Both the position numbers and the translations under genes were made by a program. The notes under the pieces are model-generated. The model had not been told where the DNA came from, did no database searches, and was given only the letters and a program-made list of their open reading frames with translations. From the NCBI GenBank assembly GCA_040357565.1, contig JBDODJ010000003.1: a stretch of 64,000 nucleotides of DNA; one strand, written 5' to 3'. This DNA is from Cercozoa sp. M6MM. Taxonomy: Eukaryota > Protista > Endomyxa: Ascetosporea. Below, piece by piece: positions 52,100 through 64,000 of this stretch (position 1 is the first letter of the stretch; every line of letters starts with the position of its first letter).

Positions 52100-53813
52100 C
52101 AAGCTAGTTTAGTCTGAGTGTGTAGAAGGCAAGCGACGCGCGCCGCAGTTGCGAGATCTGAAAGGCGCCGATTTGGCCGTCGCCATCGCGCTGCAGCACG
52201 CGTTCGGCCACGTCGCTGTGCGCTCCATGGTTTTCACTCCTCTTTTTAAACACCTGATACCCGCCTTTACTATTCCTATTACCCGTTCCTTTTGGACAGA
52301 TTGGCTTCCAGGACTCGCCGAACTTTCTGGACGTAACTTAACCGGATGACACTGATGCTGATTAGTGTACTTATTAAGCTGTGTGTCAGGGAGGTGCAGT
52401 CAAACTGGAGAACGGTCGGCCTACGAGTGCGTTTTGTTGCTGCTGTTTTGTTCCTTCACTAAGGACTTCCTTTGTGGACAGAGGAGAAACTTAGCACACG
52501 CATGTCTAGTTCGATGACGCCTGCTTGGTACACGGGAAGAGGGGGCAAACAAAGGTAAGTAAACAGGGGAGGTTAATGTCACAGGCAGAAGGAAGGCACG
52601 GCACTGGAGCAAGGCGGTCGCTTCCTGCTGGATCAGGGTGACGAACACGAGTGGCTGCTCCGATACCGGTACAGTGTCTTACCTCTTTACCACCTCCCAG
52701 TTCTCCCTCTTATCCTTCTTACCCCGTATGCAGAGGAGGCCAGCACTACTTTGACAGAGAGTCCGATGGTCAGGTAGAGGATCACACGTGCAGTGAGTGA
52801 TGTCACTGTCAGTAATAAATGATCCCACTGGATTAACTGGACAGACGCACCGTCTCAAGATCGATCAGCTAGGCGGTGAGGAACACGGTGTCTATTTGGC
52901 ACGTGTGCTGCACCGCAACGACACTCTCGAATCGCCCGTGTTCGGAGGCGAAATCTTGGTACACACTGCACTGTCTCGGACAGCTTTGTTTGGGGCAGAC
53001 ACTGGGGGATGGCACTGCGCTGACACTGTGGAAGACGGGAGGGGGTAAAGTGACTATGTGGACAGTGGCTCTGCGGAGGCGGACCGTCGAAACTCGTGCA
53101 GAGTCGTCGTGTGCTCGGACTGCATCAGTGGTATAGTTTTACCCCCCTCCCTTTTAACCCCTTCTTTACCCCCTCTTTAACTCCCATGCGCGTGTACAGG
53201 ATGTACGGCAACTGGCCGGCAGAGCGTGGCGTGGTGTACCGCTTCTGTTGATGTGTTTATCTTCCTTTACCCCCCCCCCCCCCCCCCCCCCCGTAGGTAC
53301 GAGCACGTGTGCCTCGTGGCCGAGTGGCCCAGTGTGGAACAGCGTGCTGCTGCCATCCAGCGACTCGGATGGTACCTCCCCTTTTCTAGTACCTGGTGCT
53401 TGGTACCAGTAAAGACTATATGGTATGTTTGCAACAACACAGCAAGGTGCTGGACGTGCTGGATGACTCGCTCGGAGACTTTGCTGGTCTGGATGGTACC
53501 AACACCAGTCTCAACTACATAAAGTATCCTATAAATTTACTCTCGTGTCTTTAACAGTGTCAGGCCTCGTGGGCGAGTTCTACTTTGGCGAAATCTACTC
53601 TGTTGTGCGTGATCTGCATCGACGATTGCGCGACAGCGAGGACACGAGTTATCTTGGTCCCGGCGTGCCTCCGCGCTTCCCAAGCTTCCGAGCGTATCGG
53701 CACGAGTGGTTCCCTTCACTCGGCTGGTTGCGCTATGTAGAGCAACTCGAAAACGGTGCTATGCGAGATCCAGACAACGTTGAACGTCTCGCTACTCGGT
53801 ACCATAGCCTGTG
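49586..53813 (+). CDS. 2OG-Fe(II) oxygenase superfamily protein
   Basis: Motifs FGRGTKECYDERLRRA, LNMYREG|GFFAMHRDTP (HxD), LCLPVPFEGGALSV, WAAFFGDTPHRVETVTRGLRLTL (distal His and 2OG-binding Arg), LKGAD and YGN. Confidence 0.85.
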
Positions 53814-54194
53814 ACACCTCTTCTAGGTCTTTCTGTGATGTCACCTGCTTTCCTTTCGTTTGCCAGTTTCGGCATCACGGAGAGTCTGCAGCGTTGGAGA
53901 AACGCTGAGATCAACGACGATCCGTCGCTCAGGCTGTGGGATTAAGTACAAAGCGCTGGATATTGTATCGTACCGCTACTGCTGAAGCAACTGAAATAAT
54001 TTACGATACGACACGAGATACTGTAAGGCAACCAGAATACTTTACGTCTATTTGATCATATTCGGTCCGTCGACCAACGGAGCACAAGTATATGATCATC
54101 CGATCCAGTTCGAAAACGTGTCGGTGCTAACCGAGCGTAGTAGTTTACACATGTAAAGGTTACGGAAAAGTTACACTCTACGACACGACAGGGT

Positions 54195-55589
54195 TTAGTT
54201 GTCGCAGCCGATGTAGGCGGCGTCGACCTCGGTGAGGTCCGACAGGTTCATGACGCCGTAGTGCGGGCGCACCACCGAGCCGAGGTAGGCCTTGTCACCA
54301 ACGATGTCGGCCTCGGCGACCTGCGCGAAGTTCTCCGGGTCGGTCGAGATCCAGGTCTCGAGCACCTTGCCGCGCGGCGACACGACCTTGATGAGACCGA
54401 GGGCGTCGAACTTGCCCATGACCTCAGCCGGGTTGGCCTGCAGCATGAAGTCCTGCAGCTCCTCGTGCTCCATGATGGCCGTCATCCAGTCCTGCGACTC
54501 CGAGTACAGGGCCACGAGGTAGTTGTCGCCGTACTTGGTGAGGTTGTCGCAGTAGCCACCAATGTCGGCGACGAAGACGTCGTTTTGGCCGGCACGCGGA
54601 CCGCGCAGGTAGTAGCGACGCAGACGACGCGAGTTCGTCTCGTTGATAATGATGCCCTTGGGACCCTTTTTCGAGTTCTTCTTCGGCTCCCAGAACTGGA
54701 TGCCGTTGCCGAACTTGAGGTCGTCGACGAGGATCTCGAGCGCGCCCGTGGCCAGATCAACCTTGACGAGCTTGCCGTCGGCCTCGTTGTCTGCAGGAAA
54801 GTTACACCATGAATTCAAATACAACAAAACACCACAAACAGCCACACACAACAAGAAACAGTACCAATGAGCGTGGCAACGAAGCGGTTGCGGTAGTACT
54901 TATCCGACGACGTGGTGAAGTACAGAACGTTCTCGTCCTCATCGATCAGCATCGAGTTGGCGAACTGAGCAGCACAACAAGAATGTACAGTGCATCAATA
55001 CCAATACCAACACCAACACACAGAAACCTGATCACACAGACCCGAGGGAAATGGTACGATGATAGGGTTGCCGTTCGGGTAGTGAGAGGCAACGACCTCA
55101 ACGTTGGTCGGGTTGCTCTTGGAGGCACGCAGGATACCGCGGTAGGCGTCGGCCACGTAGATCGTGTCGTTCGAGTCGAACAGGATGCCGAGCGGACGGC
55201 CGCACGTGAACTCGTTGAGGATCGAGACACCGCACGTGGCGCGCTCCGCCGGCGTCAGGTTCGGGAACGAGTAGAAGTACGGCTCCGACTCGCCCGTGGC
55301 GTGGTCCACGATGCGCTGCACGGTGCCGTCGGCGTTCGAGAAGTACATGTGGCCGTCCGAGTCATCTGCACAGCAGATCGGAGCAAAATAACCCCCAGGA
55401 GCAAAATAACACACTCCCAAGTGTTAGCAACGTACGGCCCCACGACTCCGGACCGAGCGCGTTGTGCTCAGTGCCCAGCTTGGTGACCTGGCCGAACAGC
55501 TTGATCTTGTCGCCGAGCACCTTCTTGTCACAGACCTCGACAGCCGTGGCCGCAGTGGCAGCGAGCAGAACAGTGGCAGCGAGCTTCAT
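54195..55589 (-). CDS. Secreted strictosidine synthase-like / APMAP-type six-bladed beta-propeller
   Basis: Signal MKLAATVLLAATAATA. Motifs LGPES, CGRPLGILFD...IYVADAYRGI, FANSM, LYFTTSS, LVDDLKFGNGI, RLRRYYLRGPRAG and GYCDN. Very high GC3 suggests high expression. Confidence 0.92.
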
Positions 55590-56039
55590 GGTAGAACAGT
55601 GAAGTGTGAGAGAGAGAGAGAGAAAAGAAAAACAATTGTGTAGAGAGCTGGAAGTGCGGAGGAAGCGCGGAACACCGTTTTGCAAAATTGCACCGAAACG
55701 CGTGTGGCCTCTGATCTCCGTCAGTTGGTACCAGTCGTTGCAACTGATTGGCCGTGATTGGGTCGCTCGGTGGCCACTGATCCCGGTAGTTTATGCTTGG
55801 TGAGTTCCAACGGGTTCATGACGACTCGCGACGTCATCCACACCGTGCTCCCGGTGACGAGTCGATCACGATGATCGCTCATCGGCGACTGAGACCAGCC
55901 AAACATCCGTTTATTGGGTGACGCTCAGTATCAATCAAGACGACCAGCAGTCTCCTCCCAGTGGATCGGGAGTTGTTGGCCGCCGGCGAAAACATTTCTG
56001 GATTTCTCTTCGCTTGCGCTTAGCGTGTAGGACTGTCAC

Positions 56040-57088
56040 ATGTTGCGTGCCATGCTCGCTTTGGCGGCCGTGGCCAGCGCCGCAGCGACCGTGTTCGTTC
56101 GGGGAGAGTCGTCGTACGTTCCGTCGGAGGGCCCAGTGGCCATTGCCTCGCTCCACCCAACCCATCTCACGCAGTTCTTTGCCACGGCACAGACAGAAAA
56201 GGTGCGTTTTCTGGCGTTTCGGTTTGTCGATCATCCGCACTGGACCGTCCTTGGCCGATAAGATCGAAATTTTGTTGTTTTTTGTTCGTTTTGACTTTCA
56301 GTATCTTTTGCAGAACCCGGAGTCAATCGATAGTGCCGTACGCACGCCGTTCCCCGTCTACGGTCCCATGCTTCGAGGCATCCGAATGGTACCCAGCACA
56401 AACACCAGCCAGCTGATGAGGAGATCACTCGATGTTGATAGGCACTTGAGGACATGAACAACAAGACGTTGAACCCTCAGGTAGGCGCAACCACAGTCTG
56501 CATCCAGGACGTGTTTGTGTTGAAATGTGCCTTCTGTGAAATAGTTCCTGCCAAACCACCAAATTGAGTTGCCAGAGTTCAACAACTCTGGTGGTATTGC
56601 CTTGCGTGCCGCTGAGGTAAAGCGATGCTGTCGCACTGACTTTAGGTGATGCAATTTATTGGGTGCACTTTAGGCCACGCTCAACGTGGTGAACCAGCTG
56701 TATTGGGTCGACCGATTCGCGCAGACCGGCATCCGAAACAGCAGTGATCCCTCTCAGCCGAAAACCATCATTGGCGTTCATGGGCCCAGCTAGTACCTTG
56801 ACCTCCTTCAGTCTCCCTTCTTTAACGGTATCTGTTTCATTCTTAGTGCTGACCCGACGTCTGTGTCGGCCGTGTTCTTGTCTGCTGCCAGTGTTGTGCA
56901 GGTATTGATTTCAGTTGTTCTGTGTTTGCGTTGATCAAATCAAGTAACCTCCTTTTTCTCGACCAGGTCTCCACACTCGTTCCGGCAGCCGATCTGAGCG
57001 ATGCGTCCAAGTACCCGTTCCTGGTACGTCTTCGTGGACCCGAACAAAGCCAGGTACAACACTTTTTATGCACTGATAGTACGTATGC

Positions 57089-57141
<53 letters not shown>

Positions 57142-60100
57142 GGCTCGGGCCATCCTGGACCTGTTGCTGGCGGTGAACCTGCGTCGAGTGGCGCTGCTAC
57201 ACAGCAACGACATCTACGGCAACAGTGTCCACGCCAACCTGGCCGAGGCGCGCAAGGAGCGCGGTGCCGTTGCCGATGACTTTGACCTGGCCTACAAGGC
57301 CGCGGTGCCACTGTCGCGCTTCCTGGACAAGACGAGCGACACGTACGCGATGGCTGAGCAGCAGATGCGCGACCACCTGCGCTATGTGGTCGAGCAGCAG
57401 ATCCGCATCGTTCTCCTGTGGACCACGACGGGAGATGGTGTGTCTCATTATATATATATATATATATATAATCAAGTAGTATAAATGTTCATGTGCCCAT
57501 GTGTTTTACCAGATGCCCTGCTGTACGACATTGTGGCCAAGGACGAGAAGGAAGGCGGTGAGTTTGCCGACTTCTTCACGTCCCACAAGCACCTCGTCAT
57601 TGCTCCCGCCGACTGGCCTGCTTTTGCTGTGTGTTTGCTTGTTTGGTTTCTTGCTGTTGTTACTGTCTAGTGCTGTTGCGTGAGGCAGGGTGTGGCGCGC
57701 AAGAAGCGTCCGGGTACGCTGGCGCTGACCTTCCCTTCGCAGATGAGTCTCAAGGACAACAACGACCTGTACGAGGTGGACCTGTGGACGCGGGACGGCA
57801 ACTCCAAGCGCTCGCTGTTCCTGCGATCGAAAAAGGACTTCCACGACCGTCTGCACGGCCTGTTCGGCAATGACACGGAGTTCTCGACAATCTCCACCGG
57901 CTTCCACTTTGCTGTCGAGGCGGCCTACGATGCCACCATCATGTACCCTTTTCCTTCCGGGCTATGTACATGACTGGCTTTCGATGAGTGTTTGTGTGTG
58001 TGTGTCGTGTGTCGTGTGTCGTATGTCGTGTGTTGGGTGTTGGGTGCAGTATGGCGCTGGCTTTCGACGAACTGATAGAGCGCAATCGCACTGCTACCGG
58101 TGAGGAGGCCACTAAGATGCAGGTAGCTGCCCCACTTTCACTGTAATACATGTAATACAAAAGCATGTGTTGTACCCTCCGCTTCAAGCAGGCTAAGATG
58201 AGTCGCTTGAAGCCGTTCGGTCGCGCCATGCACGCTGCTATCAAAACCAAGAAGTTCGTTGGTCACTCGGGTACACCATCTTTCTCTGTTCCAATGAGGA
58301 TAGGTGTAAGCCATGTTGGATTAGGTTACGTCGAGTTGGACCCGTTCCTGGACCGAAAGCCGCAGGTATAGCTTGTCATGTGATGTCATGTCACACCCTT
58401 GCTATGTGTGTCCTGTGTAGTACGGCATCAGTGCCTGGCAGTCGAACGCACTGTGGTCGGGTGACTTTGAAGTGTTCGGTCACTGGGACGTCGACACGAA
58501 CAGCATCGTATTGACGGATGCCGACCGCAACGTGATCGCCCGAGGCGACGGCACCAATGAGGACGAAACGAAGCTGCTCCGTTCCTTGATCAAGGTAGTT
58601 CACTGTGCCTGCATATCTCAACTTCCTTTCACTCATGTTCGGTTTGTGCTCAGGTCGACTTTGGCACCGAGGCAAACAATGGTCTACCGAGTGATAATGG
58701 CGTCCTGCCCGCGGACGGACCGCAGGAGATCCGCACGCTCAAGCAGGTTAGCATCTCCGCACTCGGTGTCGTGCTCGGTGTCATGGGACTCGTGGCGTCT
58801 CTCTTTGTGTTCGGTACTCCCTCTCTCTCGGTAGTCTAGGGGTAGGGGTTAAGTACTGTACGAATGCTGTCTGCAGTGCACATCAACACAAACCGCGAGG
58901 TGCGCTACGTGAAGATGGGTGCGCCCAACATCCAGAGTCTGCAGCTCGTGGGCCTGATGTTAGCCTTCACGACACTGCTGTACCTGCACATGGACTCGCA
59001 GCGACTCGAAAGCTCCAGCGAGGCCAAGGCGGTGTGCCGTGCCTTCTTCTGGACCGAGAACCTTTCGTTCGCCATCGTGTTCGGTGCCTTGCTCGCCAAG
59101 GTAGACCCTCTCATTGATACACCTGATGCAGTGTTGGATCCTTGTATCCAGGCGCTGCGAGTCTACATTATCTTCACGCGAAACGATTGGACCACTGTGC
59201 GTGTCACGGACAAGCAACTGGCCGTGGTGGTGGCACTGATTGTCGCTGTCGCCACGGTGATCATGCTCGTGTTCGATGTCGGCTACGACGCCATCGAGGT
59301 CGAGAACATCGAGAAGACTCAGTACTACTCGCCGGCACTCGATGCCAACATTCACGAGTTTACCGAGCGATGCCGCATCAAGTAGTCCCCCTCATGTCCC
59401 ATCCTCTTGGTGTCACAATAATGCGTGTGTGCCTGTAGCGGTGACTACGATGCGACGTACTACGGCTTCACGCTCGGCTTCCAGTCGGTGCTGATGCTGG
59501 CCGGTCTGTGGTTGGCCAACGAACTGCGCGGTGTTAACATTCCGGCTCTCAACGACTCTGCCGATGTGTATCCTTCCTTCTTATTTATAATATTCAATAT
59601 ATGAAGAGATACAGACATACAATCCCTGTATCGGTACTGCAGGCGTCAAACCATGGTGCTGGTATTCGTGATCGCCTTGTTGACCAAGCCGACGCAGCTG
59701 CTGGTGGAGTCAGACGATCCGCGCTCGGTGTACGTGCTGACGGTGCTGTCGACCTTCCTGCTGAACTTCTCGACGCTGCTGTACCTGTTCGCGGGCCGTG
59801 TCTACAACGTGCTCAAGGGCAACCACGAGTTCAAGACGGGCACCATGTCCTCCATCGGCACCAGCAACGTCTCGCGCCACGGTGTCGACAGCGGCAAGAA
59901 GTCCGGCCAGACCAGCACGGGCGACGAGATCCGACTCGCCATCAAGAGCAAGAGCGGCTCCTCGCGCGGCAGCACCGGCACCTCGCGCACCAGTACGACC
60001 AACTCGACGCGCACCAACTCTACGCACTCCACGGGTACGTGTGCCTATGCACTCTATGTTGTGCGTGCCTTCTTTATCGTTCGTTGCTTGTGCAGCCTCG

Positions 60101-60202
60101 TCGAACTCGTCCGTGCAAGACGGGGAGGCTGGTGGTATCGCAATGGCCTCACTGCCCGCACACAACGACGAGGGCAGTGCTGGCGCCGCCACCAGCGTGT
60201 AG
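56040..60202 (+). CDS. Class C (GABA-B-like) GPCR: signal peptide, Venus-flytrap/ANF-receptor ectodomain, 7TM_3, Ser-rich tail
   Basis: Motifs ALEDMN, IIGVHGPSY, ADLSDASKYPFLVRL, VALLHSNDIYG, AAYDA, KFVGHSGYVELD, VKMGAPN, CRAFFWTENLSFAIVFGALLAKALRVYIIF and RGVNIPALNDS. About 19 introns. Confidence 0.9.
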
Positions 60203-60522
60203 ACTTTCGCGCGCACACACGTTCTATAGAACGGCGATCGTCAACGCCGACGATGGCTTGATTTGCACTCTCCAGTCTTTGCGACCGAGACCTTCGCCAC
60301 GTGGAGATCCGATTGTATCTTACACATCCTGTACAATAACGGCGTTCCATTCTCAGCTACGTTCAACCACCCTGCACACATTTACCACGACGTGAGCGGT
60401 CTTGTTTGCAGGTTGGTGTTTAGACAATTACTGCGGTGCAGAGGCGGTCAACGTTCTATAGCTCTGCTATTTAGCCTTTTTTAAGCGCATTTAATATTTA
60501 TCGGTCGCTTTTGTTTGTTCGG

Positions 60523-61726
60523 TCAAAAAGGTGGTTGTTGATTGCCGCACTTGCACTCACGTTCGACGTACGTATCAGAAGAGAAGTTATGGTCTTGCAC
60601 AAGCTCCAGTTCCTTGCTTCTTGAGCTGTGGCTGTGGTGGTGCGTGTGATGGTGCCCGTGCTGTCGCCGAGTTTTCTGCGGCAGTCGATGAGGAGTTTCG
60701 CACTCCTCAGGCTGCATTTGTTGCATTTCCAGTCATTCGTACCTTTACCAATACAGTACTGCTTAAATTGACTACTAGAACATACCTTGCACGCAACGGC
60801 TACTGCGGGACATCCATGCCCATTGTCTGCCCAAATAACAATATCGTGCTGTATTTTGAAAGACAGAGAGCGCACGGTGATTTACCGCAATGCGCGATGT
60901 CGCCTTCGTACTCGCGAGAGCGAGTGTGGTCAAAACACTACGCTTGATAGAACCAGAACGTACTATGGTAGGGAACGAAACTTACCATATACTGCAGGAC
61001 TGTAGCACAGCGCACAGCGACATAGATGCTGTCGACACCACTGTCTGCTACGTCGACCTGCAGCGGAGACATTGAATTCAACAGCAAGTGGGTCCGGTCA
61101 GCGCATTCGTGATCCGCGTGCGCTTGTGTCACACGGTAGTGCAAGTCGACTGCTTCGTCTCGTTGCATGCAGGACAGAGCGCCTGCAAACAGTACACAAA
61201 AGGTCAATCTTCCAAACACATGGAAGCGACAGTCTGAGCTCACCGTGGCACTCATGAGTCGGACAAGCCACCTCGCGAATCAATTGCTTCGATGTCTGTT
61301 CGTGCGGGTACCTGCTCCGGTTTGCTTTGTGTGTCTTGGCTAGCATGTCACGCAGTCGGTGCACACCTGTGCTGCGTTTGTGCCAAGGCTTGACGTGACA
61401 CACTTCGTACCGCGTGCTGTGCCGATATGACACACGAATTAAAACAACTGAAATGGCCTGAAAAGGACACAAAACTGTACTGTGCTCTACCATTTCTTGG
61501 AGGAACTGCGGAAGGTGCAAGGGCCGTGCGGAATCCATTCTCCGTCGCATCGAGGTGCAGCGTGGGTGTGGTGATGAGGTTTGTGGGAAGTTGGTCCAGA
61601 GTGCTCGTGCGGGTGCTGTTCGATTCGCACCAAGTGTGCTTGCTGGTGGAGCATGCCGAAGTCGAGATGCCGCGCTTGAGCAAGCATTATAACTGCAACG
61701 ACGCTGCTGAATAGCTGGAGTTTCAT
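60523..61726 (-). CDS. Secreted His-rich, Cys-rich protein (TSR-like module plus possible cystine knot)
   Basis: Signal MKLQLFSSVVAVIMLAQA. Five inferred GT-AG introns keep the frame to ...YVERECKCGNQQPPF*. Confidence 0.6.
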
Positions 61727-62297
61727 GCTGGAGTAAGTTTGAATGTGCAGATCAGATGGAAGGTGCGGGAGAGTTAGGATCGATCTATAACAAAGAAACA
61801 GAAACCGTTGATGAGAGAGATGTATTGTTATCGCTATTAAACTGAATTGACACAAGAATCAAAATGCGACAAGTGTTTTACATGACAGGAGTTCAATGGG
61901 AACTGGGTGGATGTAAAGCTGACTGTGAGACTCTTCAGTTTGGAGACTTATGTCAACTCCGAACTGAGGTTTTCGGCCATCCGATACCACAGCAAGTTGA
62001 TCAACTCTCGGAGTTTCTGGTCACAATTTCGGCGTTTTTGCGTTTTCTCGGCGTTTCAGGCGTTTTCAGTTTTGAGACAAGCGAAAGCATAGGAGCTTAT
62101 TGCTTATTGATTCCTTCTGTCTGCAGTGGCAAGTTCGATAGTATTCACGCTCATCGAGCTCGAGAATCCTTCGAACATCAGTAGGCTTTGTCATTTTAAG
62201 TTTATGTTCCCCTATCGATTTATAATGTGTGTTTTAGCTCCCCGGAATAACTCCATACGAACTCTTGTATCGCGAGTCTCAAGTGTAAGGAAGAGAC

Positions 62298-63312
62298 ATG
62301 CGTCTAAGTCCTGTTGCGGTGACGTTTTTGGCCGTCCCTGCCCTTGCTCAATACGTCGACAAGTACGACACGAAAGGCAAGTCGTCCAAAAATCCATACG
62401 CTGCCAGCAACACGTACAGCGATGGTAGTGCCTACGATGGTCGGTACGACCAGTACGGAGCCTCTTACAGCAACTTTGAGGAATACAAGTACGGCGGTGG
62501 CTACCAGGTTGAAGACTGTTGTTGCTCACTTAATCCTGCGCACACCAACCCTGAAAATGTATGTGTGCAGGCCGCGTCAAGCTCACAATACGGAGCACTC
62601 GGCCAGGTTCAGCTCAGCGACAAGCAGAAGAAGCAAGTGGCCGACATGGCTGCCGTGCAGGGCGACCTCAAGCTGCGAGTGAAGGCCCTCGCCAACAAGG
62701 CCTCACACGCCGTGCGAAGTGTCGCACTTGACATTGCCGATATCGGTACTGACCAACTCTCTCAGGCTTGTATATTTCGCACGCCATCAGTATATACTGC
62801 TTGATTTGTGTAAATTATGTGCAGCTGCCGACATCAAAGCACTCGAGCAGGTGCTCGGTATTCAGTGGAATTCGAACCTATGGAACTCGAACCCATGGAA
62901 CTCGAACCCGTCGAACCCATGGAACTCGAACCCGTGGAACACTGGTTATGGCACGAGTGGGAAATACGGCAGCTATGGCATGAGTGGGAACTACGGCAGC
63001 TATGGCACGAGTGGGAACTACGGCAGCTATGGCACGAGTGGGAAATACGACAGCTACGGCACCGGTGGAAGCTACGGTGCCGGTGCCTGGAACATTGGCG
63101 ACTGGAACGTATGTCTCACGACTCTCGTATTCTCTGAGTCCCCATAAAACCTGAAGTTATTTTTTGCACTGGTGTAGAACAACTACGGGCAGTCTGGTGA
63201 CTGGGGCACTGGCCAGTATGGCCAGAGCAACGACCAGAACTATGGCAATTACGGCAGTTCCTGGAGCGGCGGCGGTTCGAGCGGCTACTCGTACAGCAGC
63301 GGAGCATACTAG
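62298..63312 (+). CDS. Secreted Tyr/Gly/Trp-rich repetitive structural-type protein
   Basis: Signal MRLSPVAVTFLAVPALA, a Tyr-rich N-region and a short coiled coil. WNSNP repeats (15 bp) and YGTSGNYGS repeats (27 bp). Three introns; ends SSGAY* at TAG. Confidence 0.85.
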
Positions 63313-63738
63313 ACTCGGCTTTTTTGGCTTCTCCAGGCTTCCGCTTGCTTCCGTTCGTTTGGCGAACGTGTCGGTACAGTAATGGTGACTCCTTCACTTG
63401 AGTGCATGTGGTGAATCACAGAGCTTGCAGTGTTTTTTCACGAGTGAACTTACAGTTTTCAGTACAGTAAAACTAACTTGCAATTGTACTGACAGTACTC
63501 GACTGCTTTTGTTAGCTCGGATACGATATGTACAGTAAATTTATCTGACAGTGATCAGGTCAATAAATTTACTCGTACAGACACCGATCTGCTGTCCTGC
63601 GCTGTAAATTTGCCCAACAGTAATTTTACGCGATCCGTCTGTCGGTGCAGTACAGTAGTTTCAGTAGCCTCACTATGGGTCGATCCGGTCAGCACGACCG
63701 GCCCGACGCGACGCACACGACACGGCCCCCCTAGGAAA

Positions 63739-63876
63739 CCAACTAAGTAGTTCCCCTGCACCAGTCCGGGGTGGGTCACAAGAGCCGTGTCTACCACCCG
63801 CTGAGGGTAGGACCATACGATACAACTCCCTTTTGGCGTTCCCCAGACAACGAAATCGACTTCATGGTTGGTACAG
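63739..63876 (+). repeat. Dispersed structured element, copy C, plus a segment shared with 42898-42946
   Basis: 63739-63822 resembles 11716-11810. 63832-63876 (TTTGGCGTTCCCCAGACAACG...ATGGTTGGTACAG) resembles 42898-42946 (TTTGACGTTCCCAGACAACG...ATGGTTGGTACAG). Confidence 0.6.
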
Positions 63877-64000
63877 TACGGTAGCAGGGAACCGCATGCA
63901 TGAACTGATCGAGAAGTCGAGTAAAATCCGTCCGTCTACCCGTACGTACGTATAGTAAAGTACGGTGCGAAAGTTTGGTCAATATCTGGTGCGATTCTGG

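Noticed and set aside
54261-55486. Long antisense ORFs over the strictosidine-synthase-like, GPCR, RGS and FAD genes
   Set aside because: These are shadow ORFs expected from high-GC3 coding on the opposite strand.
56413-56434. CTGATGAG hammerhead-like cores (also 3098-3105)
   Set aside because: There is no correctly placed GAAA and no stems I/III; one lies at an exon-intron junction.

Overview
64 kb of a compact, intron-dense eukaryotic nuclear genome, inferred to be from a protist-like microbial eukaryote. There are no prokaryotic features, rRNA, tRNA or CRISPR. I reconstructed about 22 protein-coding loci by hand by joining exons across short (about 50-80 nt) GT-AG introns. They are: VPS13 (3' part), a FAD-dependent oxidoreductase, a BAR-like/auxilin J-domain protein, SPT5, a secreted JmjC protein, DUF4286, IMPACT, DPP-IV, a TPT-family transporter, an RGS protein, an SK/KCNN-like channel, a 2OG-Fe(II) oxygenase, a strictosidine-synthase-like protein, a class C GPCR, and several secreted or orphan proteins. 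A junk pocket at 43-46.5 kb holds a Ty3/Gypsy integrase remnant, a DNA-level gene-fragment copy and an MCM5-like pseudogene. Most notable observations: (1) splice donors depart strongly from GTRAGT, being mostly GTAY followed by pyrimidines, with some perfect U12-type donors and CCTTAAC branch-like motifs; (2) an SK-type channel that has lost the GYG filter; (3) a secreted protein with a TSR-like module and a TGF-beta-like cystine-knot pattern; (4) an SPT5 CTR made of Thr-Gly rather than Thr-Pro repeats; (5) a dispersed three-copy structured element with a possible kissing loop. All gene models and family calls come from manual motif recognition, not database searches. Exon boundaries, and especially start codons, are approximate. 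There are four assembly gaps.
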